Shown here piece after piece: positions 30,372 through 41,621 of a DNA stretch of 64,000 bases (position 1 is its first letter; each line of letters begins with the position of its first letter). The notes beneath the pieces are model-generated. The model searched no databases. It had not been told where the DNA came from and saw only the letters and a program-made list of their open reading frames with translations. The stretch is taken from the NCBI GenBank assembly GCA_937625935.1, contig OW569384.1:310001-374000 (forward strand). Direction: 5' to 3'. The position numbers and the translations under genes are program-made. The DNA is from Tetramitus jugosus (taxonomy: Eukaryota > Protista > Heterolobosea).

Positions 30372-32580
30372 TTAATGCAGGATCATGCCGACAACTCGGA
30401 GAAAGAGATAGAGGACAAACGATGACATGAGGATGAACGCCATGTTATAGTAATCAGCTAGAACTCTCAGATCCAAGCTATGCCATCCAGTGACAGAACG
30501 CAGGTACAGTGTGAGATAGACCAGCGGTTTCACAAACAATTCATTCTCAGTCGTGTCTGGTGGTCTGAGTAACCGGTCGTACTTTGGTGGCTCGAAACCG
30601 TGCCGTTGTTCCATCTGAGGTAGCACAACACTCAATGATATAATTTGTTTCAAGTTGTTGCATATCTCGTCCAACTCTTCTGCATTCTTGTTGGGCTTTA
30701 TAAATAGGGTTAGTTTTGTTGGTTCTCGTCGTTTCGTAATGAGACATGTACTTGTAACAAACAGGGAGACAACTCGTCCAATCAGTTTCAAGTGCTCTCT
30801 CGGCGAGTCAGACAGATTAATCTTACTGATAAAAAAGAGGAATCTGTTAAAGAGGTTCCAGTACATCTCCTGGTTCGCTTCGATATATAGGTCCCATTTT
30901 GGACTGTATTTGTTCTTATAGACTGTCCATGGTTGAGTATAGGTGATCCACAAGCACAAAATAGCTGTGAATGGCATTCGCTCTCCAAAAGGCCAACTCA
31001 CAAATGATGCTTCAATTAGAGAGTACAAATCTGGTAGCAATTCTCTCAAGAGTGATGACTGGGGCACGTATTCTTTGTCAATATAACCTCTAATGTCCTC
31101 AAATTTGATAATGTGTTTCACAAGTTGTAATGCGAGATAGATGACAGATTGTGCATTTTTGCAGAACATTGGATCGAATTCGTATCGAGCTGGTTTCTCC
31201 TGAATCATTACTTGTTGATTCATCCAAAATGAACCCATGATATGCACAAATAAATTTGCATACAGGTTGCTAATGTCCGTTCTACTTCTGTCCATTGTTG
31301 AACCCATGTCCTCTGGTAATGGTAGGAAGAAGTGAAGATATTGATCCAAGATTTCTTGAACGATACCTCTTCGAGAGGTGCTCGTACTACTCTTGGATGA
31401 TGATTTTGAACTCAATGGCGATATGAGGTTCAAAAGTCCATCAAGTACCGCTTTACTCGCACTTCCACCAACACCACCATTGATCAAATTCTCATCTTCC
31501 ATCGATCGCCTCGTCACAACTGGAGTGCTTGCAGAAGCTGCTGAGTACATTGTCGATGAAGACTTTAAAGGAGTCGCATTAACGGAGGATAAATTAGTGG
31601 GAGAGGATAGTCTCGAAGAAGAAGTCATCATTGGCGTCGTGTGTCCTCCTACAACTCCGGATCGTGATCCAACAAGCGGCGAGACAGTCATTGATTTGTT
31701 TTGCATGGCATAGGGGCTAGCAACACTCGATGGTTGCAATCGTCGATTGGCCAAGGAGGGTGCAGATGATGAAAGAGCAGACTTGGATGCAAAATTGTCC
31801 AACTCTTCCTCCTCTACAAAGAAATCATGAAAATAGTGACTTGCACTGCCTCTGATATCTCGATTCGTGTGATTGAAACCCATGTTGCTCATTCCAATCA
31901 TGCTATTGTTCATTGATAACTTGTCAGCCAGCGTAAAAAAGGTTTCATCGGGACCATTGACAGCATAGAATGCAAATCGATAGAGAAAATAATCGAATAG
32001 GGCTATTGCATTTTCACACAAAATGACATTTTGTTAGTACATCACACAACAGACAACAAACAACATGTTCAGTTGAAAGCAATGATCACATACGAATCCT
32101 GACAAAACTATCCATCGAGTCACTTCGTACACCATACTATTCACAAAAGTACATTCGTTCATTATCACATGCAACACAAAAAAAAATTGTTAATAAAAAA
32201 TTTTTCACACAAGGGGCTTTTGACTGCTTGATCCTCATGCAGACGCAACAACCACCATGAAAATAAACAATACGTACTGGCAATTGACTCCGTGAAAACT
32301 CAAATAGACCACATCTTTGATTCCATTCATGCAACAATGTTAAGAATGAATCAGGTTTCAACAGCATTTTCAAGTGAAGGTAAAGCTCAGAGTTGTACCG
32401 TGATTCATAGAGCCATGACCTTGCACCAAACAATCGACCCATAATCTCCTTCATTTCATCAGAGAATTGCTGCCTGGTTCGTGTAGGATTGTGGAACTGA
32501 TCATGCAGATACTCCCTTGTTTTTTTGATGGCAATCACTGGATCATTGTGATAGAGAAAGTGAAGGAAGGTGGACGACAT
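30372..32580 (-). CDS. SMPD4-like (neutral sphingomyelinase 3 family) membrane protein; exons 32278-32580, 32094-32136, 30372-32002
   Basis: Spliced PLFDYFLYRFAFY, WITYTQPW, ENELFVKPL, LRVLADY and a C-terminal TM; TACTAAC branch point before the last acceptor. Confidence 0.6.
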
Positions 32581-32713
32581 TGTGGTGAGTGAAAGCTTTT
32601 TGCTGCTTTCAAAAATGGGGGTTCAAATTTAATGGCATAAGCGTCATGTAATTTGGGCGCCAAGATCAAAAAAAGCGGAAAAAAGTTTTTTTACGGGAAT
32701 GGTGTTTTGGGAT

Positions 32714-35700
32714 TTACTGGAATTCGATTGTTCCAGCAAATGGGTCACATTGACTCACTCTCACGTGTATGATGTCTCCTCGAGCAACCTTCTTCGTTAG
32801 GTACAAGTTTGTTTTAAATCCAACTTCCATGAGGTAGACAAATCCAACAGCTCCTCTCATACTCACACTGGAATCTGTCTTGGTATCCAGGATAAGTGCT
32901 CTGTATTGCTTGTCATTCTTCATGTTCTCTTGGAAATATTTGAAGAGCCAGAATCGCTCACTCTTTCGTTGCAGGTTACCCACCAGTTTGCTGGTTGACT
33001 CTAGATTTACAAGTAATTGTTCCAAATCTTCCCAGGATAGTGGAGGAGTGTCACCACGAATACCAGCCTTTAGTTGGTAGTGGACAAGCAGATCACTATA
33101 CCTACGAATGGGTGAGGTGGCTTGAGTGTAGGCTGACACACCAATTCCATTATGCCATGAAGGTGTTTGTGTAACACAGGCACCAAATACTGGCTTGAAC
33201 GACTCATGGTTGTCCAAGATTTGAGAAATGAGTTCAGTTTCAGATGGACTGGTAATCATATTAATCGTGTTCTCAATCTCCTCCTCTGAAGGGCGATCAA
33301 GAATAACACCACTACCTCCTCCTAGACCTCCCATTGTTGCTCTGAATGGTATTGTTATTCCTTTGTCTGCAGCAAACTTAGCAGAGACTTCATTCGCAAC
33401 TATCATACATTCTTGAATCATCCTTCTGGAATAGCTTGTTTCCTTTGACCTAGTAACCTCTATGACACCACCACCCTTCACCTTAATTTCTGGTTTTGGC
33501 GTGGAATAGGACACAAAAGCACCATTCTTCATTCTATGACGCAATCTGGTGTTTGCCAGAGCCATCAACCGTTTGAGAGATTCATAGGTTGTGTGCTCCA
33601 CAGAGGTAATGTTGGACAGGATTTGGTCAGCTTCGTCATAATCAATCTTCCTCACCTTATTTACGATGGCTGGGAAGACATCATATTCAGCAATTTCGCC
33701 ATCAGGAAGAAGTTTTGCTTTGAACGTAAGAACATAATTAGTTCTAGCATCTGATAAACTCATCAAATCAGTACTCAGTTCCTTTGGTAGCATAGGAATC
33801 TTCTTATCAGGCAGATACACACTTGTTGCAGTGTCAGAGGCATACTTGTCCATGTCACTACCAAAAGACATAAATCTTGTGGCATCAGCAATGTGAACAT
33901 AGAGATATTCAGTGCCATCTTCAGTAATCTCTAAACTAACACCGTCATCGATTTCAACAGTTTCTGGATAACTGTCAATCGTGAACACGCGCAAGTGAGT
34001 CAAGTCTCTTCTGTACTTCTTATCTAGATCTGGGCCTGGTTCCTTTAACATTTGCTCAGCAACCATTTGTATCATTGGAGGGAATGTTTTGTTCATTGCT
34101 GATCGCAACAAATGTATGTTAGGCGTATCGAACAATCTCAACTTCATACAGAACTCCATAATACTGGCATCACTATTGTAAACAGCAAAAGGCTTCAACA
34201 GTTTTTCATATGTTGAACTACTTCCATCTGCTAAAGGATGTTGCTTCAGGCATAGCACCTTCAATGCTTTGATAAACTTGGAATCAGATGGTTCCTTGCT
34301 CAAGTCAGCCGATGAATCTGTAAAGTCTGGTTGCCAAATGCGAATGGCTTGCAGAGCTTCAAACTTGACCGATGCATAGAACTTTTGATGTGGCTCCAGC
34401 GAGATGAGTTGATTGGCCATTTTGATCATAAACATCTTCTCTTCAATCATGAGTTTGCGTTCTTCCCCGTCAATCTTTCTCAAATTTTCGACCTCTCTGA
34501 TCGATCTGCATTCGAACACTGCCTTGCCATGTTGGTTCTGACAGCTGAAATACAATGGATTCGCGTACAAAAACTTGTGAGCAGCATAGAGAGAAACAGG
34601 GGATTGAGAGTGGAACAGGTGTTCTGCAATGTCTTCGCATGTGACTTGAATTGCTGTCCTGCTCGACAAGAATTCTTTCCAGATACTCTCAGCTCTCTCC
34701 TGATGTTGCTGAGCCATGTTCAAGCACTGAATCTCCAATTCCTTCACATAGTCTTCACCAATACTCGTCTTTTCCATCTCATTGACTGGCCAATGGTATG
34801 TTAACTGACTTGCATCAATAATGGTTGATTTACCTGTGGCATCAATCAACTTCCACTTGTTATTCTTTTCAGAATTACTCGTTTCTCCTTGAGACGAATT
34901 TTGAGTCTGCACAGATGACGAGGATGGTGATGACGACACAGAGGATGACGAGCCAGATAATTGATGAGGACTCACAATGACACCCAACTTTCGCAATCCA
35001 TCCAAATTTTCATACTCTACCAACATGTTCTTTGAAGTTTGAATACTTCGAGACAATTGTTGTGTCATTGAGAAATTGATACGGTTCGAGTTTAGTTGAT
35101 GAGCATTTCGTGTTGCTGGATTAGGTACAGAAACAATGGGCATTGCGTGCTCAACAGTTGTTTTTTTGGTTGCTGTTGTTGATGGTCGATACAATCTAGC
35201 TCCTATACTCCTAGTGGTATTGATGACTGCTTTTGTAGCGGCTGGTGTATGCTCACTGTGACTCACCATTTTTGATGGACCATTACTAGTGCTCGATGGT
35301 TGCTTCTTTTTTGGTGATGGTTCTTCTCTTCTTCGCGGTGGGTCATAAATTGGATGAGGTACTGTTCTACTGTGATGATGCGCTTGATAAGGTTGTGAAT
35401 GTGAGGTGAATGGCACAGGTTGTGGTGGTTGATAGGGCACAATTGGATATCCATAGGCATCTAGCATCACTTCACGATTGTTATTTGCATTGTTGTTGTT
35501 ATTGCTAGTTGAATTTGTAGGATGCGTAGATGATGCACTTGTTTGACTGTGTAGTGGCGCTTGATGTTGTGACTGTGGATGATGATGATGGTGTAATTGT
35601 TGCGGTGACGAATAATGGGCACTATTATTTGATTGATGAATGTGTGGTTGATGTGCTGAATGATGAGTGTGGACACTATTGGGCAGATAAGGTGGTGTCG

Positions 35701-35959
35701 TCGAAGTAGCTGCAGAGTGATGTGTGAGAGTGTGATAGAGCGGTTGGTGATGTTGTGCTGTTGGATGATGGTGTGGGTTCGTGTGGTGATGAGGATGATT
35801 ATGATGTGCAGCAGATGGTTGTGTTGCGCTCGTTGTCGTCGCAGTGCTCCTTATTCCAACATTGTGGGAAGAGGCAACAACGTTTGTGCCTCCATTGTAT
35901 ATTTGTTTGAGTGATTGATGGAAGGGACCCACTTGGAAGGAGCGACCATGTCGTGACAT
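32714..35959 (-). CDS. RNB-family 3'-5' exoribonuclease (RNase II/DSS1-like)
   Basis: FTIDSYPETVEIDDGVSL, VHIADA, TSVYLP..PMLP, YTQATSPIRRYSDLLVHYQL. Confidence 0.9.
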   Translation of the reverse strand: MSRHGRSFQVGPFHQSLKQIYNGGTNVVASSHNVGIRSTATTTSATQPSAAHHNHPHHHTNPHHHPTAQHHQPLYHTLTHHSAATSTTPPYLPNSVHTHHSAHQPHIHQSNNSAHYSSPQQLHHHHHPQSQHQAPLHSQTSASSTHPTNSTSNNNNNANNNREVMLDAYGYPIVPYQPPQPVPFTSHSQPYQAHHHSRTVPHPIYDPPRRREEPSPKKKQPSSTSNGPSKMVSHSEHTPAATKAVINTTRSIGARLYRPSTTATKKTTVEHAMPIVSVPNPATRNAHQLNSNRINFSMTQQLSRSIQTSKNMLVEYENLDGLRKLGVIVSPHQLSGSSSSVSSSPSSSSVQTQNSSQGETSNSEKNNKWKLIDATGKSTIIDASQLTYHWPVNEMEKTSIGEDYVKELEIQCLNMAQQHQERAESIWKEFLSSRTAIQVTCEDIAEHLFHSQSPVSLYAAHKFLYANPLYFSCQNQHGKAVFECRSIREVENLRKIDGEERKLMIEEKMFMIKMANQLISLEPHQKFYASVKFEALQAIRIWQPDFTDSSADLSKEPSDSKFIKALKVLCLKQHPLADGSSSTYEKLLKPFAVYNSDASIMEFCMKLRLFDTPNIHLLRSAMNKTFPPMIQMVAEQMLKEPGPDLDKKYRRDLTHLRVFTIDSYPETVEIDDGVSLEITEDGTEYLYVHIADATRFMSFGSDMDKYASDTATSVYLPDKKIPMLPKELSTDLMSLSDARTNYVLTFKAKLLPDGEIAEYDVFPAIVNKVRKIDYDEADQILSNITSVEHTTYESLKRLMALANTRLRHRMKNGAFVSYSTPKPEIKVKGGGVIEVTRSKETSYSRRMIQECMIVANEVSAKFAADKGITIPFRATMGGLGGGSGVILDRPSEEEIENTINMITSPSETELISQILDNHESFKPVFGACVTQTPSWHNGIGVSAYTQATSPIRRYSDLLVHYQLKAGIRGDTPPLSWEDLEQLLVNLESTSKLVGNLQRKSERFWLFKYFQENMKNDKQYRALILDTKTDSSVSMRGAVGFVYLMEVGFKTNLYLTKKVARGDIIHVRVSQCDPFAGTIEFQ

Positions 35960-36178
35960 AATTAATTGTGTATGTAATCAGAAAAGCTCTGAACGAGAGT
36001 AGCTTTTGAAGCAAGGGGGTTGAGAAGTTTTTTTTTTCGTTGGTTGTTCAAAAAAAAAGTGTGTGGCTCTTTCGCAACTGAGAAGAACTGGGGTGTCTCG
36101 GCTTTGGCCAAAATTGGATTTTCGCCCAGCGGACTCCCGACAGAATTTTTGCGATAGCGGATTTTTTTCGTGCAGGCT

Positions 36179-37480
36179 TCAATTCGAAACCAAGCATGGG
36201 CAGCCTGCTACTTTGATAACTTTGCCCTTCTCACTCTCTGTCACTCTCTTCAGAAAGCGATCACTTTCGATCCACCAATCATAGACCACAGAGTTCTTCT
36301 TGAAGGTTTCCCTTCTTTGCTCAATCTTTGGCAATACTGAGCCTCGCCACTTGAAATGATCGATAATGAGTTGGTTCGGGTATGGTTTTGGCTGATAAAT
36401 CTTGGATTCTTCGACTCCATGATGTCCACCGTACAGGGATCTGAGATGAGATCGGTAGAGCATAATCTTTTTGGTCATTCCCTTCATGACAGCAGCAGTA
36501 ATTGGTGGTGTGCATGGATACTGGTTGAAAAGAGAGGAAGCATTGGCACCAAACCGCAGTGCATCATGAAATCCACAGTCGTTTGCAATTCGATCTCGTA
36601 AGTTTCCCATGACATAATCAAGATTAAACTCTTGCATCATGTAGAGAAGATGTTGAAGGGGGCTTTGATTCGACTTTGGATTCATGCGCTTATCGTTCGA
36701 AGGTATATTCTGACTCCTAAGGAACTTGTCAATCCTAGCAGAAGAGTAGTCATGAAATTCATCTGTGTCCGTGTGCATTACCCAGGCATTTTCTTGAGGA
36801 ATTGTGTTTTCAATCACTTCATCAATGAGATCCCGCTTCCGGAATGACTCGAACACCCCTGACCATATTGCCATCACCGGCACTTGCTTAGAGGTACAGT
36901 AGTCCAACATACTCTTCAAATTCGTATTGAACATGGGATTGGAAGACGAGTGCAGGACTAGTCTCATGTTTCTAGTGGGAATGCCAACCTTATTCTCATA
37001 ATGATCAATGTAGTAGGGGAACAAATCTTTTTCATAGTCGACACTGACAACAGCCACCACATAGACGGGAATAGAAGCTGTTTTTGATTTTGATATGAGA
37101 GGTACAACATGATTGTTCTGATTCATCAAGAATTTGTTTTGGATAGCTAAATATTCATCAATTGAAAACACTGGCACATTTCTTCGGATTTCTACAGGCC
37201 TAGATAGCGTCATCTGATTGATGCGTTGCTCTTTCTGCATTTTTGATTGATAGTAGTAGCCTTGTCCATCATATAGCTGTGAGTCAACTAATTTTGTTTC
37301 CCGTTTCAAACTCAGCATGGGAGATTCCTCCTGCACACGATTATCACGAAGTACTTGATGGTTCCTCTCTGGAGAGTCAGATTTCTTGAGAAATGACATT
37401 ATTGAGATAGCTCCAATGATTAATAAGCATAGCTTGATCCATGTGAGCTTAACTGGCCGAGAGGACTTGATCTTCTTCAT
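36179..37480 (-). CDS. Type II membrane glycosyltransferase (GT-A fold, GT2/GT92-like)
   Basis: N-terminal TM, YIDHY, WVMHTDTDEF (DxD motif), HFKW. Confidence 0.7.
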   Translation of the reverse strand: MKKIKSSRPVKLTWIKLCLLIIGAISIMSFLKKSDSPERNHQVLRDNRVQEESPMLSLKRETKLVDSQLYDGQGYYYQSKMQKEQRINQMTLSRPVEIRRNVPVFSIDEYLAIQNKFLMNQNNHVVPLISKSKTASIPVYVVAVVSVDYEKDLFPYYIDHYENKVGIPTRNMRLVLHSSSNPMFNTNLKSMLDYCTSKQVPVMAIWSGVFESFRKRDLIDEVIENTIPQENAWVMHTDTDEFHDYSSARIDKFLRSQNIPSNDKRMNPKSNQSPLQHLLYMMQEFNLDYVMGNLRDRIANDCGFHDALRFGANASSLFNQYPCTPPITAAVMKGMTKKIMLYRSHLRSLYGGHHGVEESKIYQPKPYPNQLIIDHFKWRGSVLPKIEQRRETFKKNSVVYDWWIESDRFLKRVTESEKGKVIKVAGCPCLVSN

Positions 37481-37763
37481 TATTCACTGTAAACTTGGCT
37501 TTTCCGGAATAATAGAGAAAAGTTTCAATTCAAGTGTTTGGGCTCAGGGTGTGAGGCAGTACAGTAAATCGATCGACATATCTGCAATTATCAGAAGAGT
37601 CATTCTCGATCAAAACCCATATCATGCAAGATGTATTGAGAGTATGATGCTTTCTACTCAGGATCGAGTCAGAGATATTTATTTGGGTTGGGTTTTATTT
37701 GAGTTGATGATTACTTGGAGATTGTTAAGTGTACATCTCGATCCGCTACTACCTTAACAAACA

Positions 37764-38822
37764 TTAATTCTTTGTTGGGGGAACATTTGACTTTCTTTGT
37801 TGATTTGATGTCGGTTGCTTAGAGTACGTGGCAGCAGCAGCCATTGCTGGATTGTATGTTCCTGGAAGACCAAACCCGAAGTTGTTCTGTTGTATGAGCA
37901 ATGGTTGGGAGTTGATTGGATTGAATGCAGCTGCGGGATTGAATGGGTTGGACCTTGCTGTGACATTTGAACTCCCAGGTGTCATCATACCTCCGGTCAA
38001 ATTTCCTGAATTGAATGGATAGGCTGTCATCGAATCAGGGGCAACCTTTGTCTGATTGACACTGTTGATATTGTGATTTGGTTTAGCTTTGCTCTTCTCT
38101 GCTTCTTGATGATGGATGAAATGAGCTATCGCAACGTGTGATGAATTGCGATTGTGCGACTTAGGTCCCGATTGACTCATTGGAGGACATGTATTCTTAC
38201 TGGCCAAAAAACGTTTAAACGAGCTAAGTGTTCCACTAGTCAGACTATTGGGCAGTGAACTTGATAGCGGAGGTGGTAATTTGTACATGACAGATCCTGA
38301 GTACTTCTTCTTAAACTCTTCCATTGTTCTCACAAAGAGTGAATCAAATATAGATAGAGAATGAGGAGGTGGATCTAACGATTTTCGAATTAAGAAATCA
38401 TTGTCAAGAGCTCTCTTGTTAAATGGTACATTGGTAATAACGGCTGAGTCTGCAGTGATTGCTGATACACCTTTTTTAGTCTTATTTGATCCCTCTGTTT
38501 CTGTTTTGTTTCTCTTATTCGACTTTGAATTCACTTCTGCTTTTTCGGTATCTGAACTGCTCTGCTTTGTGCTTTTGGATGGTCTTCCTCTCTTCCTTCC
38601 CGTGTTACTCGGAGGAGTAAAAGTAGGCGTATCTTCAACCACTGTGGGTGGTCTTCTCTTTCGGGGTGGTTTTTCAACAGGACTGTCTCTCTTCTCCTCC
38701 TGGTCAGAGGAGTCACTGTTGGCTACTATCTTCTTTGAAGCTAACTCTGCTCTCTGAATTCCGTCTTGAGAGCACAGTATCTGAGCAAAGCTCATAAGGG
38801 CACTGACACCTTCATCACCCAA
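37764..38822 (-). CDS. Hypothetical nuclear protein with AT-hook
   Basis: RKRGRPSK AT-hook, PRKRRP NLS-like motif; 352-aa ORF. Confidence 0.6.
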   Translation of the reverse strand: MGDEGVSALMSFAQILCSQDGIQRAELASKKIVANSDSSDQEEKRDSPVEKPPRKRRPPTVVEDTPTFTPPSNTGRKRGRPSKSTKQSSSDTEKAEVNSKSNKRNKTETEGSNKTKKGVSAITADSAVITNVPFNKRALDNDFLIRKSLDPPPHSLSIFDSLFVRTMEEFKKKYSGSVMYKLPPPLSSSLPNSLTSGTLSSFKRFLASKNTCPPMSQSGPKSHNRNSSHVAIAHFIHHQEAEKSKAKPNHNINSVNQTKVAPDSMTAYPFNSGNLTGGMMTPGSSNVTARSNPFNPAAAFNPINSQPLLIQQNNFGFGLPGTYNPAMAAAATYSKQPTSNQQRKSNVPPTKN

Positions 38823-39224
38823 CTGAATCTATTCTCAACAAAGTTAGTTTGGATACTTGTCATTCAAAGAATAAAAGTTCACCTACTGATTTCTCTGTTG
38901 TGGAGCTCACAACACTGCTTGGATCTCTTCCATGATTATTATCGGTTGACTCCTCTTTCCGAGAGTTCCGAGCTGTGGTTCTTTGACGAGATCTAGGTGC
39001 AGGTTGTCGTTTTACCTTGGATGTCATGTGTTGGATGAAAGACGCAATCGAACGGAGTTGATGTGTTCTTGTGGTTGTAGACACGAAAAACCCGCCAAAA
39101 AATGATTAATTTGATGCAAGATGACCATTCTGCTGAACCAATGTGGAGCGCGGATGCCGAACTCAGATCACGCTGTATACACTGTGGAGCACGGATGCCG
39201 AACAAGCCGGCACCACTGAGCATG

Positions 39225-39368
39225 CAGTCACCAATGTGTAAGTAAATAAATCAATTATAACATCCTGTTATATCAGATATATGATTATGTGATGATACCA
39301 GTTGTTTCAACCAGAGAAAAGCAGAATTTCGCCTTGAATTCAACTGTGTACTGTATCCGCGTTCCACA
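39225..39368. repeat. 144-bp direct repeat, copy A
   Basis: cagtcaccaatgtgtaag...ccgcgttccaca; identical to 41365-41508 except at 39314 and 39338. Confidence 0.97.
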
Positions 39369-39526
39369 GACAAGATGGTAATTGACAGTACCATATAAAC
39401 TTTCATGTTTTTATTAAGACGCTTCATTATTGTATTCTTTGAACTAACTTCGATCATTCATGTATCTGGTAATCCGTTTCAGGATGTACTGCATTTTGGA
39501 GAATAGTTGCATGATCTTGCTTCACT

Positions 39527-41341
39527 TCATTCAGGAGCAAATTCTTCTACTTGTATCTCTGTTGCATAAGCATCTGCTGCAATTGTTTTTGCTTTTCCAA
39601 ATTTCTTTTCCTCAATATCATACACAAATGTGCTGAGATACAACTTCAATTCTGAACTGGACTGCAATACAAGGTGATGATATGCATAGTTCTTTTCCTC
39701 CATCTGCTTAAAAGCTTTCCTGACAAGAGCTCCTACGCTATTCTTTGATTCGTCTTGCACTACTTTAAACTCAATAATATGCATTGATTTATTCAACCTG
39801 ATAAAGAGGTCCAGATTTCCATTTGATGTTGAGCCTTCTGACAAAAAAACCATATGTGGGAAATACTGTTTCAAATGCAACAAGGATAAATACATAGCAA
39901 CAGCATACACAGCTTCGATTTTCCCAGCATGTATCTCACGATTGGATATAGTCCTAAAGATTGGGTGAGGAAATGATTTGATTAATCTTCCAAGTTGTTG
40001 GAACAATTGATCCATATCTTCCTTCATCAGTGCCTCTTTCATCTTGATGATAATATCATTGTTGTCCAGCAATTCCAACTTTTGTGATAGATCACTAATC
40101 AATGTTTCTCTAACAGAATTGTTTGGTACTGTTAACTTGTTATCTTTGATTGTCAAGTATCCTGTTTCATAAAACAACTTCTGCAGAGTTCGTGTTGAGG
40201 GTTTCACCAACTCATCCAAATCTATGGACTGATCAAAACCTTTCACTTCTTGTGGTTCAATTATTTCAAGAATGGAATGAACTGTCGGATTGAATAATGA
40301 CCAGAGATGCATGGGTCTACCTCTTGTTGCCCAGAAATTTTCAAATATCTGCTTCTTCAGCAGTTGATTAATATCCCAAGGATTTAAGAGTCCATCTTTT
40401 GTAGCAGTGCAGAATCTGAATCCATTATACTCTTTGATGATCCTCTCATCCAAGTTGGTGCCATATATTCGCAATAGTTCCTCATATGCATTAGTGTATG
40501 TATTTTTCACCTCCTCCAATGTATATCCTGTCAGTGCACTAAATGAAATATCAGTGGATACATCCTCAAGATCATTCATTGATGAAAATAGATTGGTATA
40601 TGAGAACTTGGACACACCAGTAATGAACAACAAATGAATCATTGATCCAAGACCCTTGAGTGGAGAAAAGAAAGCTCTGAGCAAGTCTCGATTCTTCCTT
40701 GCGAGTGATATATTTCCCACATCTGTCATATTCTCAGCAATTGCTTTCGTAATTGGGCTATCATATTCGTCAATCAAAATGATAATTCGTCCAGATTCTG
40801 ACTGACTAGCAAAATAGCGAACAGTCAATTTTAGCATCCGTACAATACTCCCCTTTAGCCGAAACTCTTCTTCAACATCTTCAGGAACTTGCAATCCATT
40901 CAGTTTGAAGCTATTCATGAGCTCATCAAATAATTCAGTAACGAGGTTATGTGCATCTATCAAAGAAAGATCCAAATGTAACACAGGCATTCTTTTCATG
41001 AACAAGTCCTCAGAATTGTAGATCTCAAATTGTTGTTGGTTGTTCTCTAGTGGTCCAAATGCTTCTCTATTTCCCAACGCAACAAGTTTCATTTGCTCAA
41101 TAGTCAACGACTTTCCCATCTTTCTAGGTCTTGTGAAGAAAATCTTCCTACCATGTTGTAATCTCATCAGTGCTTCAATCAACTTTGTTTTATCAACAAA
41201 CTTTGCACCTCTTGTTGAACGCTCTAGATAGAAGTCATGAGTGGTTGGTATCTTCTCGAGTGATTGATTGCGTTGTTGAGTCTTAAAATTGATTGAGTAG
41301 AAGAAACAGTTTACTCTTTGCAAGGTACGTGTTCTCAGCAT
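39527..41341 (-). CDS. AAA-ATPase-like + C-terminal PD-(D/E)XK nuclease protein (bacterial-type)
   Basis: FVDKT, RPRKMGKS (Walker A), ILIDEYD (Walker B), FITGVSKF, LNPWD, FWATRG, YETGYLTI, VPNNSV, GNLDL..IIEFK, A..Q..EKNY; intronless; ATG 41341. Confidence 0.9.
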   Translation of the reverse strand: MLRTRTLQRVNCFFYSINFKTQQRNQSLEKIPTTHDFYLERSTRGAKFVDKTKLIEALMRLQHGRKIFFTRPRKMGKSLTIEQMKLVALGNREAFGPLENNQQQFEIYNSEDLFMKRMPVLHLDLSLIDAHNLVTELFDELMNSFKLNGLQVPEDVEEEFRLKGSIVRMLKLTVRYFASQSESGRIIILIDEYDSPITKAIAENMTDVGNISLARKNRDLLRAFFSPLKGLGSMIHLLFITGVSKFSYTNLFSSMNDLEDVSTDISFSALTGYTLEEVKNTYTNAYEELLRIYGTNLDERIIKEYNGFRFCTATKDGLLNPWDINQLLKKQIFENFWATRGRPMHLWSLFNPTVHSILEIIEPQEVKGFDQSIDLDELVKPSTRTLQKLFYETGYLTIKDNKLTVPNNSVRETLISDLSQKLELLDNNDIIIKMKEALMKEDMDQLFQQLGRLIKSFPHPIFRTISNREIHAGKIEAVYAVAMYLSLLHLKQYFPHMVFLSEGSTSNGNLDLFIRLNKSMHIIEFKVVQDESKNSVGALVRKAFKQMEEKNYAYHHLVLQSSSELKLYLSTFVYDIEEKKFGKAKTIAADAYATEIQVEEFAPE

Positions 41342-41364
41342 TGTTTTTTTATTAGTTGAAGGTT

Positions 41365-41508
41365 CAGTCACCAATGTGTAAGTAAATAAATCAATTATAA
41401 CATCCTGTTATATCAGATATATGATTATGTGATGATACCAGTTGTTTCAACCATAGAAAAGCAGAATTTCGCCTTGATTTCAACTGTGTACTGTATCCGC
41501 GTTCCACA
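41365..41508. repeat. 144-bp direct repeat, copy B
   Basis: 142/144 identical to 39225-39368; offset 2140 bp. Confidence 0.97.
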
Positions 41509-41621
41509 ACCAAGAAGACCACTAATGTAAACAGGTTTCAAATATGAGATGTGGATAACTTCCAATTCTTCTGCAAGCTCCTGGATCACAAACGGAGAAG
41601 ATTTCCCACCAGAAAAAAAAC

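Noticed and set aside
39251-39457. Small ORFs at 39251-39457 and 41425-41631 overlapping the direct repeats
   Set aside because: Short, motif-less and read in different frames through the repeat; likely incidental
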